DNA from: a virus
DNA length: 64,000 nt
Reading direction: 5' to 3' (one strand)
IMG/VR virus record: IMGVR_UViG_3300042862_000066
Coordinates: 32,001-96,000 of that record
In this document: positions 40,592-50,988 of the stretch, one piece after another
Numbering within the stretch: the stretch's first letter is position 1
Layout of the letters: every line of letters starts with the position of its first letter
Notes under the pieces: model-generated
Told to the model about the DNA's origin: nothing
The model's input: the letters and a program-made list of their open reading frames with translations, nothing else
The model's database searches: none
Translations under genes and position numbers: made by a program

Positions 40592-40779
40592 TAACGTCCT
40601 GGTTTAGGTTGTGGTTTATTAACCCCACCTGATGATGTACCTTTAGACTTCTTTGTAGCAGCTGGACTAGCATTTACTTTACCAGAAGACTTACCAGCAG
40701 AATTTTTAATAGCATTAAATACTGCCATGTTGTTAGGATTGGATTTTCCACCAATACCTTTTGCACCTGAATTTTTCAT
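40591..40779 (-). CDS. Small basic disordered protein (62 aa)
   Basis: K/S/G-rich ORF in the operon, AT-rich leader. Confidence 0.65.
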   Translation of the reverse strand: MKNSGAKGIGGKSNPNNMAVFNAIKNSAGKSSGKVNASPAATKKSKGTSSGGVNKPQPKPGR

Positions 40780-40806
40780 TTCTTTAAGTATTTATATATA
40801 AGATAG

Positions 40807-41826
40807 TTATTGATTCCAATATTTCTCTACTTTTTTTAGCAAATCTACTAAAACGTCTTCGTGAAGAGGATTATTTAGATACTCTACAGCATCTGCTTGA
40901 TTACGTCCAATAAGAATGTTCTTATCAGCAGTATATACAAATCCATCAGCTTTCGTTACAATAAATTTATAAAAGGTAGCGTCCTTAACAAGTGCTTTTA
41001 ACTTAAGTACTTCCATACCTAGGTTAGCAGAGTCTAAGAACATTTGTGCAGCACGGTTAGCATTCTTTTCAGAACCTTGACCACTAATGAAATTATCCAT
41101 GTTATCGTAAACAACATCATTAGGTGTACTCTTTCTATACTGCGCGCTAGCTGTATCTACAATTTTAGCAATGTAAAGAAGTTTGTTTGTATTCTTATCA
41201 AACAGTTTCTGTAATTCAGAAAGAGCTTTATTACGTAACTTCTTACTTTCTGTTTTAGTAGAAACAGTTTCAACGTGTCTGTCTAAGAAGAACTTAGGAA
41301 CAGGCATCTTTGATCTAGCATCATCGTAGCTTTTAGCTATGATACTAAAACCTCCAGCATTAATAGCGTAAAGTTTTACCAAGTCATAAGGATCTTTTGG
41401 ATCCAAGTAAATTGGCTCATTTCCAGCTTTAATTTCGATCTTTGACCAAAAGGCATCATTATCTGGTCTAAGTAATTTTATTTTATTCCAGAATTCTTTA
41501 TCATCAGGATCAACTACGTTAGCAGCTAATTCTTTTTCAAGCTCTGCTACTACTGCTCTGATTTCACGAATTGTAGCTTCTCTTGTTTCAGCATCAGGAA
41601 TGTTTTTAATCTCCGGAGCAAATTCATTAAGTCCTGTTACATATCTCTTGATTCCGTTGAATTCAAGACAGGCTAGTTGTTCCATATGCTTGACTCCTTC
41701 GTAAAGAGACATGCCATATTTCTCTAACCCCATGTTACTAATTCGATCATCGAAGTAGGGTTTAATTGCGATAGGACTTCTTTTAGTTTCAGAATACCTC
41801 TCGACTTTTGTAAATGCTGTTGTCAT
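40807..41826 (-). CDS. Conserved crAss-like protein downstream of MCP (339 aa)
   Basis: YVTGLNE, FWSKIEIK...YLDPKDPYDL motifs; conserved post-MCP position. Confidence 0.7.
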   Translation of the reverse strand: MTTAFTKVERYSETKRSPIAIKPYFDDRISNMGLEKYGMSLYEGVKHMEQLACLEFNGIKRYVTGLNEFAPEIKNIPDAETREATIREIRAVVAELEKELAANVVDPDDKEFWNKIKLLRPDNDAFWSKIEIKAGNEPIYLDPKDPYDLVKLYAINAGGFSIIAKSYDDARSKMPVPKFFLDRHVETVSTKTESKKLRNKALSELQKLFDKNTNKLLYIAKIVDTASAQYRKSTPNDVVYDNMDNFISGQGSEKNANRAAQMFLDSANLGMEVLKLKALVKDATFYKFIVTKADGFVYTADKNILIGRNQADAVEYLNNPLHEDVLVDLLKKVEKYWNQ

Positions 41827-41864
41827 TTAGTTGGTTTTTATTAATTGGTTTTTGTAAAGGTAGT

Positions 41865-41899
41865 AAAAAAGGGGGAGATTTTAGCCTCCCCCCGTTTTT
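41865..41899 (-). terminator. Intrinsic terminator after MCP
   Basis: GGGGGGAGG-CTAAAA-TCTCCCCC-TTTTTT on the minus strand. Confidence 0.85.
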
Positions 41900-41914
41900 A
41901 CAGATTATTTAAGA

Positions 41915-43534
41915 TTAGAATGATCCGCCAGTAACTGGGTTACGCATAACGATTTTCAATACTTTGGTCGGGTCTTTAACCCAGATCGCAGGCATGTTTT
42001 GCGTCATGTATACACGGTATCCGTTGAATTGTCCAGAAGACGCGAAGCCTTGGCTACGTCCCATGTAATCCATAGTTCCGTTTTGGTACCACCATTTCAA
42101 TTGGTTATCCCAGTTAAGTTTCAACAAGAAGATATTATCGTTAGTGTTATCGGTAATATCAAAGATGATGAAGCTATAAGAAGACAATGGGAAACCATCA
42201 ATGATTGGGTTCTCAATATCGTTAGTATGTAAGTTATCGAACGCCGGGTTCAACACGAACTTAACGTTAGCCAAGAATGGGATAACATAAGAAGTGTAAG
42301 CGAATCCGAAGTTCAAGTCCATACCTTTACCAGTGATTGCTCCGATGTCAGCAGCTTGGATCAACAATCCTGAAGACATAGCCTCACGTGCGATTGCTGC
42401 ATTAACCATACGCATACCTGCCATACCTGTTTGTACGATAAGCTGACGCTTAGGATCTGGACCTTGGAAGTCAACCTTACCAGCGTAGAAGTTGTACAAT
42501 TCAGAACGGAACAAATCTAAGTTGAAACCAGCCTTGTTGTATACGCGCTTGAACGAGTTGTCCAATTGCTTCCAAAGACCGACAGATAAACGGATATCAT
42601 CTGGACCGTCTTGACGAACGCGTCCACCTTGTCCCCACATTAAGTAGGTTTCGATATCGCTAGCTACTTTGCTCAAGTGAGCTGCTTCCATAGTAGTTAA
42701 GAAAGTACGAGATAATGAACCATTACCCATAGCGCGCTTAACATAATCCTTACCCATGCGAGAAACCATAGTATCTAGGTTAGCTACAGATGGATCCATA
42801 TTCTTGTCAAAGTTACGCCAGATCTCAGTAACAGGTACAGTACCGTCAGCATTCATTCCGCCTTTGATCATAAGATCAGCGCGAGAAGATACAGAATAGT
42901 GTACGTGTGCTTCAGCTCCTCCTACGAAGTTGTAGAATTCACGGAAACCGGTTTGTGTAGTAATGTCAGAGAAACGCTCTCCGTATTCTCCACGAGCAGA
43001 ACCTTTACGGAAGATTTTAGTACCTGGAGCAAGATAGTCAGTTGATAACGCAAAAGAGCTATCATTGTTAACTAACTGTACCGTGTACAAGAAACCATCT
43101 CCTAAAGGAATGATATCGTCTACAGTAATGTACATCTCAGCACCGTTGTACTTGTCATAAGTGATGATATCACCATGTCCAAATTCGCGACGTGAAATTT
43201 TAATTTTGAACGTTTGTCCGTCAGTACCTACTGATTCAGCACCATTCAATTCTACATCATCAACAATGTAAGGAAGATCTAATACAACCGGCGTTTGCCA
43301 TTTGTACTCTCCTCTTGCGTTGTCGACATTAATTACGTTCTTTCCACCAAAGCTAGACATTTGGTACAAAGGCATTTCTACCTTTTGTGCCATTGCCCAA
43401 AGATCTACTGGTCCTAAATCCATAGGTTCAGAGTTCTTGAGCATGTTAACCAAGTGGTAAGAATCTACGTGTGAACTAGCGGCGTAGTTGGTATCTCGTA
43501 GAAATATACCATTGTTTAAAACTGGAGTTGACAT
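41915..43534 (-). CDS. Major capsid protein (539 aa)
   Basis: Strongest codon bias in the window; GSARGEYGE, ETYLMWG, GLWKQL, IWVKDPTKVLKI C-terminus; follows portal and scaffold. Confidence 0.9.
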   Translation of the reverse strand: MSTPVLNNGIFLRDTNYAASSHVDSYHLVNMLKNSEPMDLGPVDLWAMAQKVEMPLYQMSSFGGKNVINVDNARGEYKWQTPVVLDLPYIVDDVELNGAESVGTDGQTFKIKISRREFGHGDIITYDKYNGAEMYITVDDIIPLGDGFLYTVQLVNNDSSFALSTDYLAPGTKIFRKGSARGEYGERFSDITTQTGFREFYNFVGGAEAHVHYSVSSRADLMIKGGMNADGTVPVTEIWRNFDKNMDPSVANLDTMVSRMGKDYVKRAMGNGSLSRTFLTTMEAAHLSKVASDIETYLMWGQGGRVRQDGPDDIRLSVGLWKQLDNSFKRVYNKAGFNLDLFRSELYNFYAGKVDFQGPDPKRQLIVQTGMAGMRMVNAAIAREAMSSGLLIQAADIGAITGKGMDLNFGFAYTSYVIPFLANVKFVLNPAFDNLHTNDIENPIIDGFPLSSYSFIIFDITDNTNDNIFLLKLNWDNQLKWWYQNGTMDYMGRSQGFASSGQFNGYRVYMTQNMPAIWVKDPTKVLKIVMRNPVTGGSF

Positions 43535-43560
43535 GTTTATTTATTTAAGGGTTAATTTTA

Positions 43561-44775
43561 TTATCGTTTAAAGAAGTTCCCATTTCTAGGTATCTTTCTT
43601 TGTGTTGTTTCTTCTTTTTCTACAACTGGAGAACTTGTAGCTAGCTTAGCTTGTTCCGTCTTAAGCTGGCGCACTGTTTTCTCCACTTGTGCTGTTTTAC
43701 CTTGTTCCTTTACTTTCGATTCATATCCTTCTTCGTCAGCAAGTAACCAAAGTACTTTAGCAATTTTATTATAGTTAGGCTCAACATACTGGTACTTTTC
43801 TAATAGGTGTCCTAATAGATTAGTTTGCTTACCTGATATAGACGGATAACTAGGTTGTACTAGTCCAGTATAAATCATATTCTGCGTACGCTTGTCTAAC
43901 TTAATTCCGTTAAGGTCTGCTGCTGCTACTGTATTATATACATTTTGCATATAAGCTTCAGAAGCTGCATGTTGTTGTCTCTTCATTTGTTCTTGCTTAG
44001 CAAGTTTCTGAACTACAACTGACTCTTGCATCTTATCCAACTTTGGCTTAAACTTATTAGCTTTTGATTGCAAATCTCCACGGTCTCTCCAACCGTCAAT
44101 CTCTTCTTCAATATCCTCCGCTGTACCAAAGTTAGTTGCACGTAAATATTCACGTACAATTTGTTCTTGGTCTCTCTCAGATGTTGGATCTAATTCACGA
44201 ACTTCTTCAGCTTGTGCGAGGACTTTAAATAATCCTTTTAGATCCTGGCCTCCATCAGCTACATATTTAGCAGCATACTGAAGTTCTTCTGGAAGAGATT
44301 CGAAAAACTCTACCGGAGTCTCTTGTCTTACTTTGTTCTCAATTTCTGCAAAGTTTGCATCCATAAGTTCTTCGTAATCCTTAAGAGTATAATCCTCCAT
44401 AGGTTTGTCGTCCTCAAACGGAACTAACTTACCCGCATCTATAAGCTTATTAATTAGTTCAGCCATTCCGCTCTTGTCTACTTTAGGTCTTCCAGATTTC
44501 GGCTTATCATCAGCCTCTTCTTTTTTTCTAAAGTCTCCATCCGGATCAACTTCTCCAATTACATCATCTATAGATGCAGTTTCTTTTTCGTCGCCTTCGT
44601 TTTCATCGTCGGGCTTGTCAATAAAACTGAGGTCTAATTTAGCTGAACTAAACACGTTCGGCTTTTTCTCCTCTTCTGGTAGCATAACGTTTTCTGCTCC
44701 CGGGGTTCCTAGAATCTCATCTAGGTTCATCTCTACTTGTTCAATAGAGGTAGTTTCTGTATTCTGTGTAGACAT
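43561..44775 (-). CDS. Scaffold-like acidic protein (404 aa)
   Basis: Very acidic N-terminus, helical C-terminus, located between portal and MCP. Confidence 0.75.
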   Translation of the reverse strand: MSTQNTETTSIEQVEMNLDEILGTPGAENVMLPEEEKKPNVFSSAKLDLSFIDKPDDENEGDEKETASIDDVIGEVDPDGDFRKKEEADDKPKSGRPKVDKSGMAELINKLIDAGKLVPFEDDKPMEDYTLKDYEELMDANFAEIENKVRQETPVEFFESLPEELQYAAKYVADGGQDLKGLFKVLAQAEEVRELDPTSERDQEQIVREYLRATNFGTAEDIEEEIDGWRDRGDLQSKANKFKPKLDKMQESVVVQKLAKQEQMKRQQHAASEAYMQNVYNTVAAADLNGIKLDKRTQNMIYTGLVQPSYPSISGKQTNLLGHLLEKYQYVEPNYNKIAKVLWLLADEEGYESKVKEQGKTAQVEKTVRQLKTEQAKLATSSPVVEKEETTQRKIPRNGNFFKR

Positions 44776-44814
44776 ATGGTTGGTTTTTTAAATTCTCTAC
44801 AATATTAATATACG

Positions 44815-44833
44815 CAAATCTATAGTTTAAACT
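44815..44833 (-). promoter_or_regulatory. -7 element TAGATTTG (44815-44822) abutting palindrome AGTTTAAACT (44824-44833)
   Basis: Upstream of the scaffold-MCP unit. Confidence 0.55.
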
Positions 44834-44882
44834 TTAAAAATTAGGGAGTTAAAAAAAATATAGTTGACTTTATAGCAAAAGC

Positions 44883-47633
44883 CTACTTTTTCTTATTTTT
44901 ATCAGCCGTTTTCTTATCAAATTTATTCTTATTTTCTCTAGCAATGTCTAGTTGAGTCTGCGCAATATCTCTTTGAGTATTAAGTTTTTGTTCTTCTATA
45001 CTCATTTTATCACGATGCTCTGACATCCTAGAGACTTCTTTTTCTCTTTGAAGGTTGATATTATCGTTCTGTTCTTGAGTACGGTTAATTTCTTTAAGGG
45101 CATCTTGGTAATCGCTCTGTTGATTCTGATTAATATCTACAGTCGCTCCAAAACCAGCAGATCTAATCTGAGCTTCGTATATGCGATTCTGTCTATCTTT
45201 CTCATTTTCAGTAGCTTCGAATTCCATCTTCTGACGAGCCTCTTCAGATTTAGCCTGAATCATTTGTTCTTGCATCTGCTGCTGTTGCTGCATCTCTTGC
45301 TGACGCTGTTGCTGAGCTTTAGCTTCAGTCTTCTTAAGTATTTGCGTAACATCAGGAATTGAATCAGCCATGAGAATATTACCCAAATCATAAATGGAAG
45401 CACCAGAAGTGTTATTAGAAACAGCCATTTGTTTAAGCTGATCCAAAACGGCACGATGATTAGCTTTAGTAGTACAAAAAACATTAAGGTCTCTAAGAAG
45501 AAGGTCAGTGCCATTAATCTCGAAATTTTTTCTTTCATCTGCTGTAGTAATATATTGTAGGCGGACCGACGGTTTAGTAGAATTATAGTATTGAGCTAGA
45601 TCCGTACGCATCGTATGTACGCGAGGCATCAAGTAATCGCAGTGCTGAATAAAATAAGTTTCAGTCTGAGCATAAGATGCATTCATGGATTGTTCAATAC
45701 CTGTAGCTGTCTGCTGACCTATTTGCTGACCCATACGTTGTGGAGTAATACCGATTACTTCAAAGGCCTGTTGTTTAAAGTATTGTCCTAACTGAATACG
45801 AGACATCAAACGATTAGTTTGTTCTAGATCCAGTTTTTGGTAATGCTGAAACGCTAAGGCATTCTCGGTATTAGTAATTGTGGTATCTAATGGAAGCATT
45901 TGGAAGTTCTTCATAGCCACGTATGCTTTGGCTAAGTTGTTCTTTCCCCAATCTTCTCCTAACGAATGACGAGGTAAGGCATTCTGATCCAGTAAGATAA
46001 CTGTTCCTAGTTCATCTACAAGTATATCTGCAATCTGATTATTTACAATATTGTATCCAATCTGAAACGGTTTCATTAAGTCTACTAAAGATGTAGATCT
46101 TGTATTACGGTCTGAAAATACAGAACCTTCTACAGGAAGTTTACATCCATATAAGCTATCATCTCCTTTAAACTGGAATTTCATACATCCAATTTGGTTC
46201 TGATTAATACCTAAGTAAATAGGATTAATACCGCCAGGATTATTGGTTCCCCAATATGTTGGATGGTTAGGTCCTATCTTAACTCCTCCCCATACTTCGT
46301 TAATCCAGATCCAGTCAATATGTTCTCCAAATAACAAGTTATCCTTAGACTTATTTTTAAATAGGTCTGTATTATAAAGAGGTTTGTCTGTAACCTTATA
46401 TGATTCATCTATAAGATCTGTAACAACCGATCCCATATCATCAATCTTAGTTAAATGGCCTACCTTACGCTGCGACTTCCAGTAAACTGTCGTTACACGA
46501 AGTAAGTTAGTCATACCCATATCAAACCAGTCCTCGCTATCTGAAAGAATCCAGTTAACAATGTCTCCTCCGCGTAGAGTATTATCCCACATCGAAGTAT
46601 ACTGACGGTACCCTAAAGAAGGCATGTTAGTATTCCAATCATGAGATTTAGTACCATCATAGTAAGTACCATCGTTTTGATAACCCTGAATAGGGTAACC
46701 GGCAGAACGTACAGGATAGATTTGCTCTAATGTTTCCATTTGCTGTTCCGTCATTAACCATCCATAACGGTCAATAACATCGGCTACCGTCATCATATCG
46801 TACTTACCTACCCACTGACCTTGTGATATATAACGAGCATCTGGGGATTTATGGTAGAATGTTAAAACAGGATTCCATAATTCTAAGTCATAATCATCTT
46901 CCATCATGCGGAAATGCCAGAACTCTCTGTCTGTAATAAGCATATCGCGGAAACCACGCTCTTCTAATTCATCTAATTTAAAACGTTCTACGTCTACCTG
47001 ATGCTGATGTGAGGCCCACTGCTCTACTAATGACTTATAAGATTTAGTAAAGAAGTCTTGAATTTCTGGCAAGGACTTAATACTTTCTGGAGATAATGCC
47101 TGTTGGTATTCTTCCGATTCAACATCTACACCATCCTCAGCAAGTCTCATCATTAACTGTTGCTCTGCAGCGCTAGTAAGAGATTCTTCAATTTGACTTC
47201 TTTTAAGCTCCATCATTTCATTATAAGACGTCTCATCAACTGACTTATATGTAATAGCACTAGAACGTTTTGCAAATTCTGCTACAAGAGTATTGATAAC
47301 ATTTGGAATAATAGGATAGAACTTAAGTTCTAATGCTGATGCATCTTCCTTAGTAAGCGTTTCAATTAGATCTGCATACTCGTTATCTTCTTCTATGATA
47401 TAGTCACCTTTATCTATAATACCTTTTGCAAGTTTATAGTTCTTCATTAGGCGACGAGCATTACGACGTACGTGTTGTAACCCTTTCCATTCTAACCAGT
47501 CTAAGTTCCAAGCTGCCCAGTCTGTATCCTTTTCACTTCTGGGAATAAACTGGATAGGCTGGTTAAGAGTACCCATTTTATTGTACTCTACTTTGGCCCC
47601 AGCCTTTAACTGCATTGCGTTATATATCTGCAT
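44883..47633 (-). CDS. Portal protein (916 aa)
   Basis: FYPIIPNVINTLVAEFAKR, WINEVWGGVKIG, SLVDLMKPFQ..YNIVNNQI, GITPQRMGQ, Q-rich barrel; directly after TerL. Confidence 0.92.
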   Translation of the reverse strand: MQIYNAMQLKAGAKVEYNKMGTLNQPIQFIPRSEKDTDWAAWNLDWLEWKGLQHVRRNARRLMKNYKLAKGIIDKGDYIIEEDNEYADLIETLTKEDASALELKFYPIIPNVINTLVAEFAKRSSAITYKSVDETSYNEMMELKRSQIEESLTSAAEQQLMMRLAEDGVDVESEEYQQALSPESIKSLPEIQDFFTKSYKSLVEQWASHQHQVDVERFKLDELEERGFRDMLITDREFWHFRMMEDDYDLELWNPVLTFYHKSPDARYISQGQWVGKYDMMTVADVIDRYGWLMTEQQMETLEQIYPVRSAGYPIQGYQNDGTYYDGTKSHDWNTNMPSLGYRQYTSMWDNTLRGGDIVNWILSDSEDWFDMGMTNLLRVTTVYWKSQRKVGHLTKIDDMGSVVTDLIDESYKVTDKPLYNTDLFKNKSKDNLLFGEHIDWIWINEVWGGVKIGPNHPTYWGTNNPGGINPIYLGINQNQIGCMKFQFKGDDSLYGCKLPVEGSVFSDRNTRSTSLVDLMKPFQIGYNIVNNQIADILVDELGTVILLDQNALPRHSLGEDWGKNNLAKAYVAMKNFQMLPLDTTITNTENALAFQHYQKLDLEQTNRLMSRIQLGQYFKQQAFEVIGITPQRMGQQIGQQTATGIEQSMNASYAQTETYFIQHCDYLMPRVHTMRTDLAQYYNSTKPSVRLQYITTADERKNFEINGTDLLLRDLNVFCTTKANHRAVLDQLKQMAVSNNTSGASIYDLGNILMADSIPDVTQILKKTEAKAQQQRQQEMQQQQQMQEQMIQAKSEEARQKMEFEATENEKDRQNRIYEAQIRSAGFGATVDINQNQQSDYQDALKEINRTQEQNDNINLQREKEVSRMSEHRDKMSIEEQKLNTQRDIAQTQLDIARENKNKFDKKTADKNKKK

Positions 47634-47634
47634 A

Positions 47635-49848
47635 TTATCTTATGTTTCTAAATGGATTTTTAGGTAACTTCATACCTTCAAATTTATGACCCCCTCCGCC
47701 GATATGACGAAAAGGGCTCATATTTAATTTACTGAATTTATTGGTGCTTTCCAAGTTTTTTGATGCTGCTGTTTCCTCAAAACGTTTTTTATAACCCCTA
47801 TTAGCTTGCTGTACTTTAGCAAAAGCCACTAAAGCTGCAAACGATACTAGCCTATCGACGTTAACTCCTTCTCTATATGCCATCATTTCTCTAAGTAACA
47901 TAATGTCCGGAATACGTTCTATACCAAAGATTGTCTTAACAACTTTACCATCTTCTAAAGTTATTTGATCAAGCTCTTGTCTAACAAATTCAATTGCATA
48001 ACTTATCATATGACTTTTAAACAAGGTACCTGTATTACGCCAACCGTATTCTTGGAATACATTAGCATTAGCTCCTATATCTTTTAAGAATAGAATCTGT
48101 TGTCTCGGCACTAGATACTTCTGCTTCTTGCGGTTAATCATATGAGTAATAAACTGCGGAATATTGTTTTCCACAATAGTCCAGGCATTATACCATTCTA
48201 TGATAAGCTCTAGTCTCTCGTGTGTCTTATTAATATCATCGAAGCGGCCACACCAAGCTGCTACTATTTTATCATTTTCTATAAAGGTCTGAACACTATC
48301 TACATCTTTCTTAGTTACTTCTACGGATGTTTTATATACATATATTGCGCACAGAGAATCAGATGTAGTAGTTTTACCTTCTCCCACGGGATCGACAGAG
48401 GCGTAATACATTCCAAACTCTGGATTTTCTACTGGCCTATCCCATACTACAAGGCATCCTGTTTTATCCTCAGTGTTTTTTGTAATAGGGAACTCTCTAA
48501 TAGGTAACTTATTACTAGCTGCTACTGCTGGATCACCCTTTTCGTTTCTATAAATATCTAGACGTTCCTCAGCATATTCTTTATCTTCAATACGTCGAGT
48601 TTGTGCTGTAATAAGATGACCTGGAAATACCGATACAGATCTAAAGTCAAATGCTTCTTTAATAGTTCTAGGGTGCTGAGATATACGAAGCTGAAACTCC
48701 TGGGGATCTAATTCAGATTTCCATTGTAAAAATTGTTCATCTAAAGCAACCAGCGCTTCTTCTACTTTAGAATTACCGAAGGTGTCTATAAAAGGAGGCA
48801 TGGACCATTGCTCTGGAATAAATAGTCCGGTCATTCCTCTCGCGCCTGTTTCGTCTAGCAATGTGGATTCAACGGCATAGATATCATTTCCTTCCGGTCT
48901 AGTGATCATTTTCTTTAAAGGTTCACATTGAGATAAATCTCCGACAGATCCTGCAGCAATAAACATTCCCGTAGTCATGAATCCTGATTTCATAGCAGGG
49001 CGGATGTACTCAAATGTTGTATCCATCTTAGGAGCAATACCAGCTTCCTCGTGGAAGAAGTATTTACACGGTCCCCCTACACCATTGGTAGGATCTTTCT
49101 CAAAGGACATTCCTTGCATAACTCCTTTAAGCCCTACCTCAGACTTACGTCTATTTATTCCAGATACTGTTTCAATCTTCTGCTGCCACATCATAACCTT
49201 GTTAGGGTTCATAGGACGGTACCATGCAGTATGCTGATTTAGAAATGCTTCATATTCATTTAAGAATTTCCAAGTACCTTTCTCATTGATGTAGTCCTTA
49301 AGACTTGCCCCCATCTTAAGGGTAACCCCTTCTTCAAACCAGATTTGATTAAGTAACTTACCAGCGTGATAATATGATGAAGCAATCTGACGTTTCTTTA
49401 GAATAGCTACGTGTCTATAATGCAATTCTGCTAAGCATTCATAGAGAGCCATGTGATACTGAGCATCTCTGACATCAGCAAAACCAAACTTCTGAATCTC
49501 CTTATTAAAAATAGGTAAGAAGTTTAACCACATATAATAATCACGTGGTATGTACCAGACGTCATCACCATCTTTATAAATAGCTCCTACACGACATTTA
49601 TTCTTCTGGTCATTCCAGTACATAATAAAGTCTTTAGTTCCTTGAGGGGATGCGCAATAAAAACCACGTTCGTTAAATAGACGGGCCTGTTCGTTAAACT
49701 TAAGACTAGTCTCGGTAAAGTTATATTTACCTGGTTCTTTAAAAATCGATAATACAAAATCCTTGAAGTTGTCCCTAGTATCAAAAATAGATACTGTCCA
49801 CACTCCCTTTTCATAAGTAGGAATTTGTATGTCGTTGGTTTTCAGCAT
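47635..49848 (-). CDS. terL: Terminase large subunit (737 aa)
   Basis: Walker A-like LKKRQIASSY, Walker B FFHEEAG, coupling motif AGSVG, nuclease YYASVDPV and C-terminal NVDRLVS. Confidence 0.93.
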   Translation of the reverse strand: MLKTNDIQIPTYEKGVWTVSIFDTRDNFKDFVLSIFKEPGKYNFTETSLKFNEQARLFNERGFYCASPQGTKDFIMYWNDQKNKCRVGAIYKDGDDVWYIPRDYYMWLNFLPIFNKEIQKFGFADVRDAQYHMALYECLAELHYRHVAILKKRQIASSYYHAGKLLNQIWFEEGVTLKMGASLKDYINEKGTWKFLNEYEAFLNQHTAWYRPMNPNKVMMWQQKIETVSGINRRKSEVGLKGVMQGMSFEKDPTNGVGGPCKYFFHEEAGIAPKMDTTFEYIRPAMKSGFMTTGMFIAAGSVGDLSQCEPLKKMITRPEGNDIYAVESTLLDETGARGMTGLFIPEQWSMPPFIDTFGNSKVEEALVALDEQFLQWKSELDPQEFQLRISQHPRTIKEAFDFRSVSVFPGHLITAQTRRIEDKEYAEERLDIYRNEKGDPAVAASNKLPIREFPITKNTEDKTGCLVVWDRPVENPEFGMYYASVDPVGEGKTTTSDSLCAIYVYKTSVEVTKKDVDSVQTFIENDKIVAAWCGRFDDINKTHERLELIIEWYNAWTIVENNIPQFITHMINRKKQKYLVPRQQILFLKDIGANANVFQEYGWRNTGTLFKSHMISYAIEFVRQELDQITLEDGKVVKTIFGIERIPDIMLLREMMAYREGVNVDRLVSFAALVAFAKVQQANRGYKKRFEETAASKNLESTNKFSKLNMSPFRHIGGGGHKFEGMKLPKNPFRNIR

Positions 49849-49853
49849 GTTAT

Positions 49854-50372
49854 TTACATTTGGTCATACGCAAGACCCGCTCCTCCGCGAACGTGACTTG
49901 TCTGTTCTTCCTGAAGATCTTTATATGCCCCTTTATAACTCTCTCGTATTTGTTGGTACTTTGATGCAGCATTTACAAGTGCTGTAATATTACCGTCTCT
50001 TCCGTCAGTTATCTGGGTTTTCTCCATATAGGTCGCAAGATTATCTAGCATTTTCTTAATACCGTTATAAGCTCGTGACGTTGGTGTTTCATATAATTTC
50101 TTACAAAACTGTAATGCTCCGGGAATATTATCATCCTCCGGACTAAAGTCTGCTTCAATTTCAGCTAAGATAATCTCTTCTTTGTGAACATCTTCGATAT
50201 AAAAGAAAGGATTTAGATCAGGATTGGGGCAAGTCATATAGAATAAGTACTCGTAAATCTTTAAGTGCTGATCCGGATACTTATCCATAATATTTTTTAA
50301 CGTACTTAACGTATAGCAGTGTTCTGTAGGAATCACTTTGTGATTCTGTATATCAAATAGTTTAACAATCAT
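49854..50372 (-). CDS. Conserved protein upstream of TerL (terminase small subunit candidate)
   Basis: Helical; ETPTSRAY...LQEEQTSHVRGG C-terminus; position immediately 5' of TerL. Confidence 0.5.
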   Translation of the reverse strand: MIVKLFDIQNHKVIPTEHCYTLSTLKNIMDKYPDQHLKIYEYLFYMTCPNPDLNPFFYIEDVHKEEIILAEIEADFSPEDDNIPGALQFCKKLYETPTSRAYNGIKKMLDNLATYMEKTQITDGRDGNITALVNAASKYQQIRESYKGAYKDLQEEQTSHVRGGAGLAYDQM

Positions 50373-50988
50373 TTTTATCTATGTTATAGTAGAAACTATC
50401 AGTTTCTTCTGTAATCCATCTATTAGATACACTTTCTACAGATGGTAAAATTGTATCTACTTTTATTTCTTTTGGATCTACAGGAAACGGTTTAGTTACC
50501 CAATTGCTATCTCTCCAAAATATTCTATTATTTGGCTGACAAAGTAAATAACCATCATCTGCAATAAGTATATGACCAGCTTTGTAATCGCTAGGTTCAT
50601 CTGAATAAGGGTTATTATACCAGTCAATGGTAAATAGGTAGGTTGCCCAAATAAAACTTTTGTCTTTAAGTATAACTTGACATTTCTTTTCTTTAAGGTG
50701 TTCGTAGGTAGTAACACTTACATTCTCAGAGAAACAATCCCATAATTGTTTCATGTGAAAAGGTATATCAGTAAGGGGTTCTTTTAAGTATATCTCAGAT
50801 ATGGGTACTCGCGATCTTACCATACCGTAATCTGTCATTATGTGAAAAGTAAGTATCTTACTTGTAATAGATTGAATACCAAAAGCATACGCATTATGGT
50901 ATACGTTATCATCTTCAGATTTTTTAGTAAAGTAAGATGCCTTTACTAAACACTTAAAAGACGGTATATTTTCGTTAAGCTTAGGCAT
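50362..50988 (-). CDS. Conserved phage protein of unknown function (208 aa)
   Basis: LNENIP...QLWDCFS...YLFTIDW...QPNNRIFWRD pattern that I recall from aquatic phages. Confidence 0.65.
   Translation of the reverse strand: MPKLNENIPSFKCLVKASYFTKKSEDDNVYHNAYAFGIQSITSKILTFHIMTDYGMVRSRVPISEIYLKEPLTDIPFHMKQLWDCFSENVSVTTYEHLKEKKCQVILKDKSFIWATYLFTIDWYNNPYSDEPSDYKAGHILIADDGYLLCQPNNRIFWRDSNWVTKPFPVDPKEIKVDTILPSVESVSNRWITEETDSFYYNIDKNDC

Noticed and set aside
45265-45320. CAG/CAA-rich tract in portal
   Set aside because: Ordinary Q-rich coiled coil of the portal barrel.
47635-49848. Intein or intron in TerL, portal or MCP
   Set aside because: No intein splice or LAGLIDADG motifs; frames are uninterrupted and lengths plausible.
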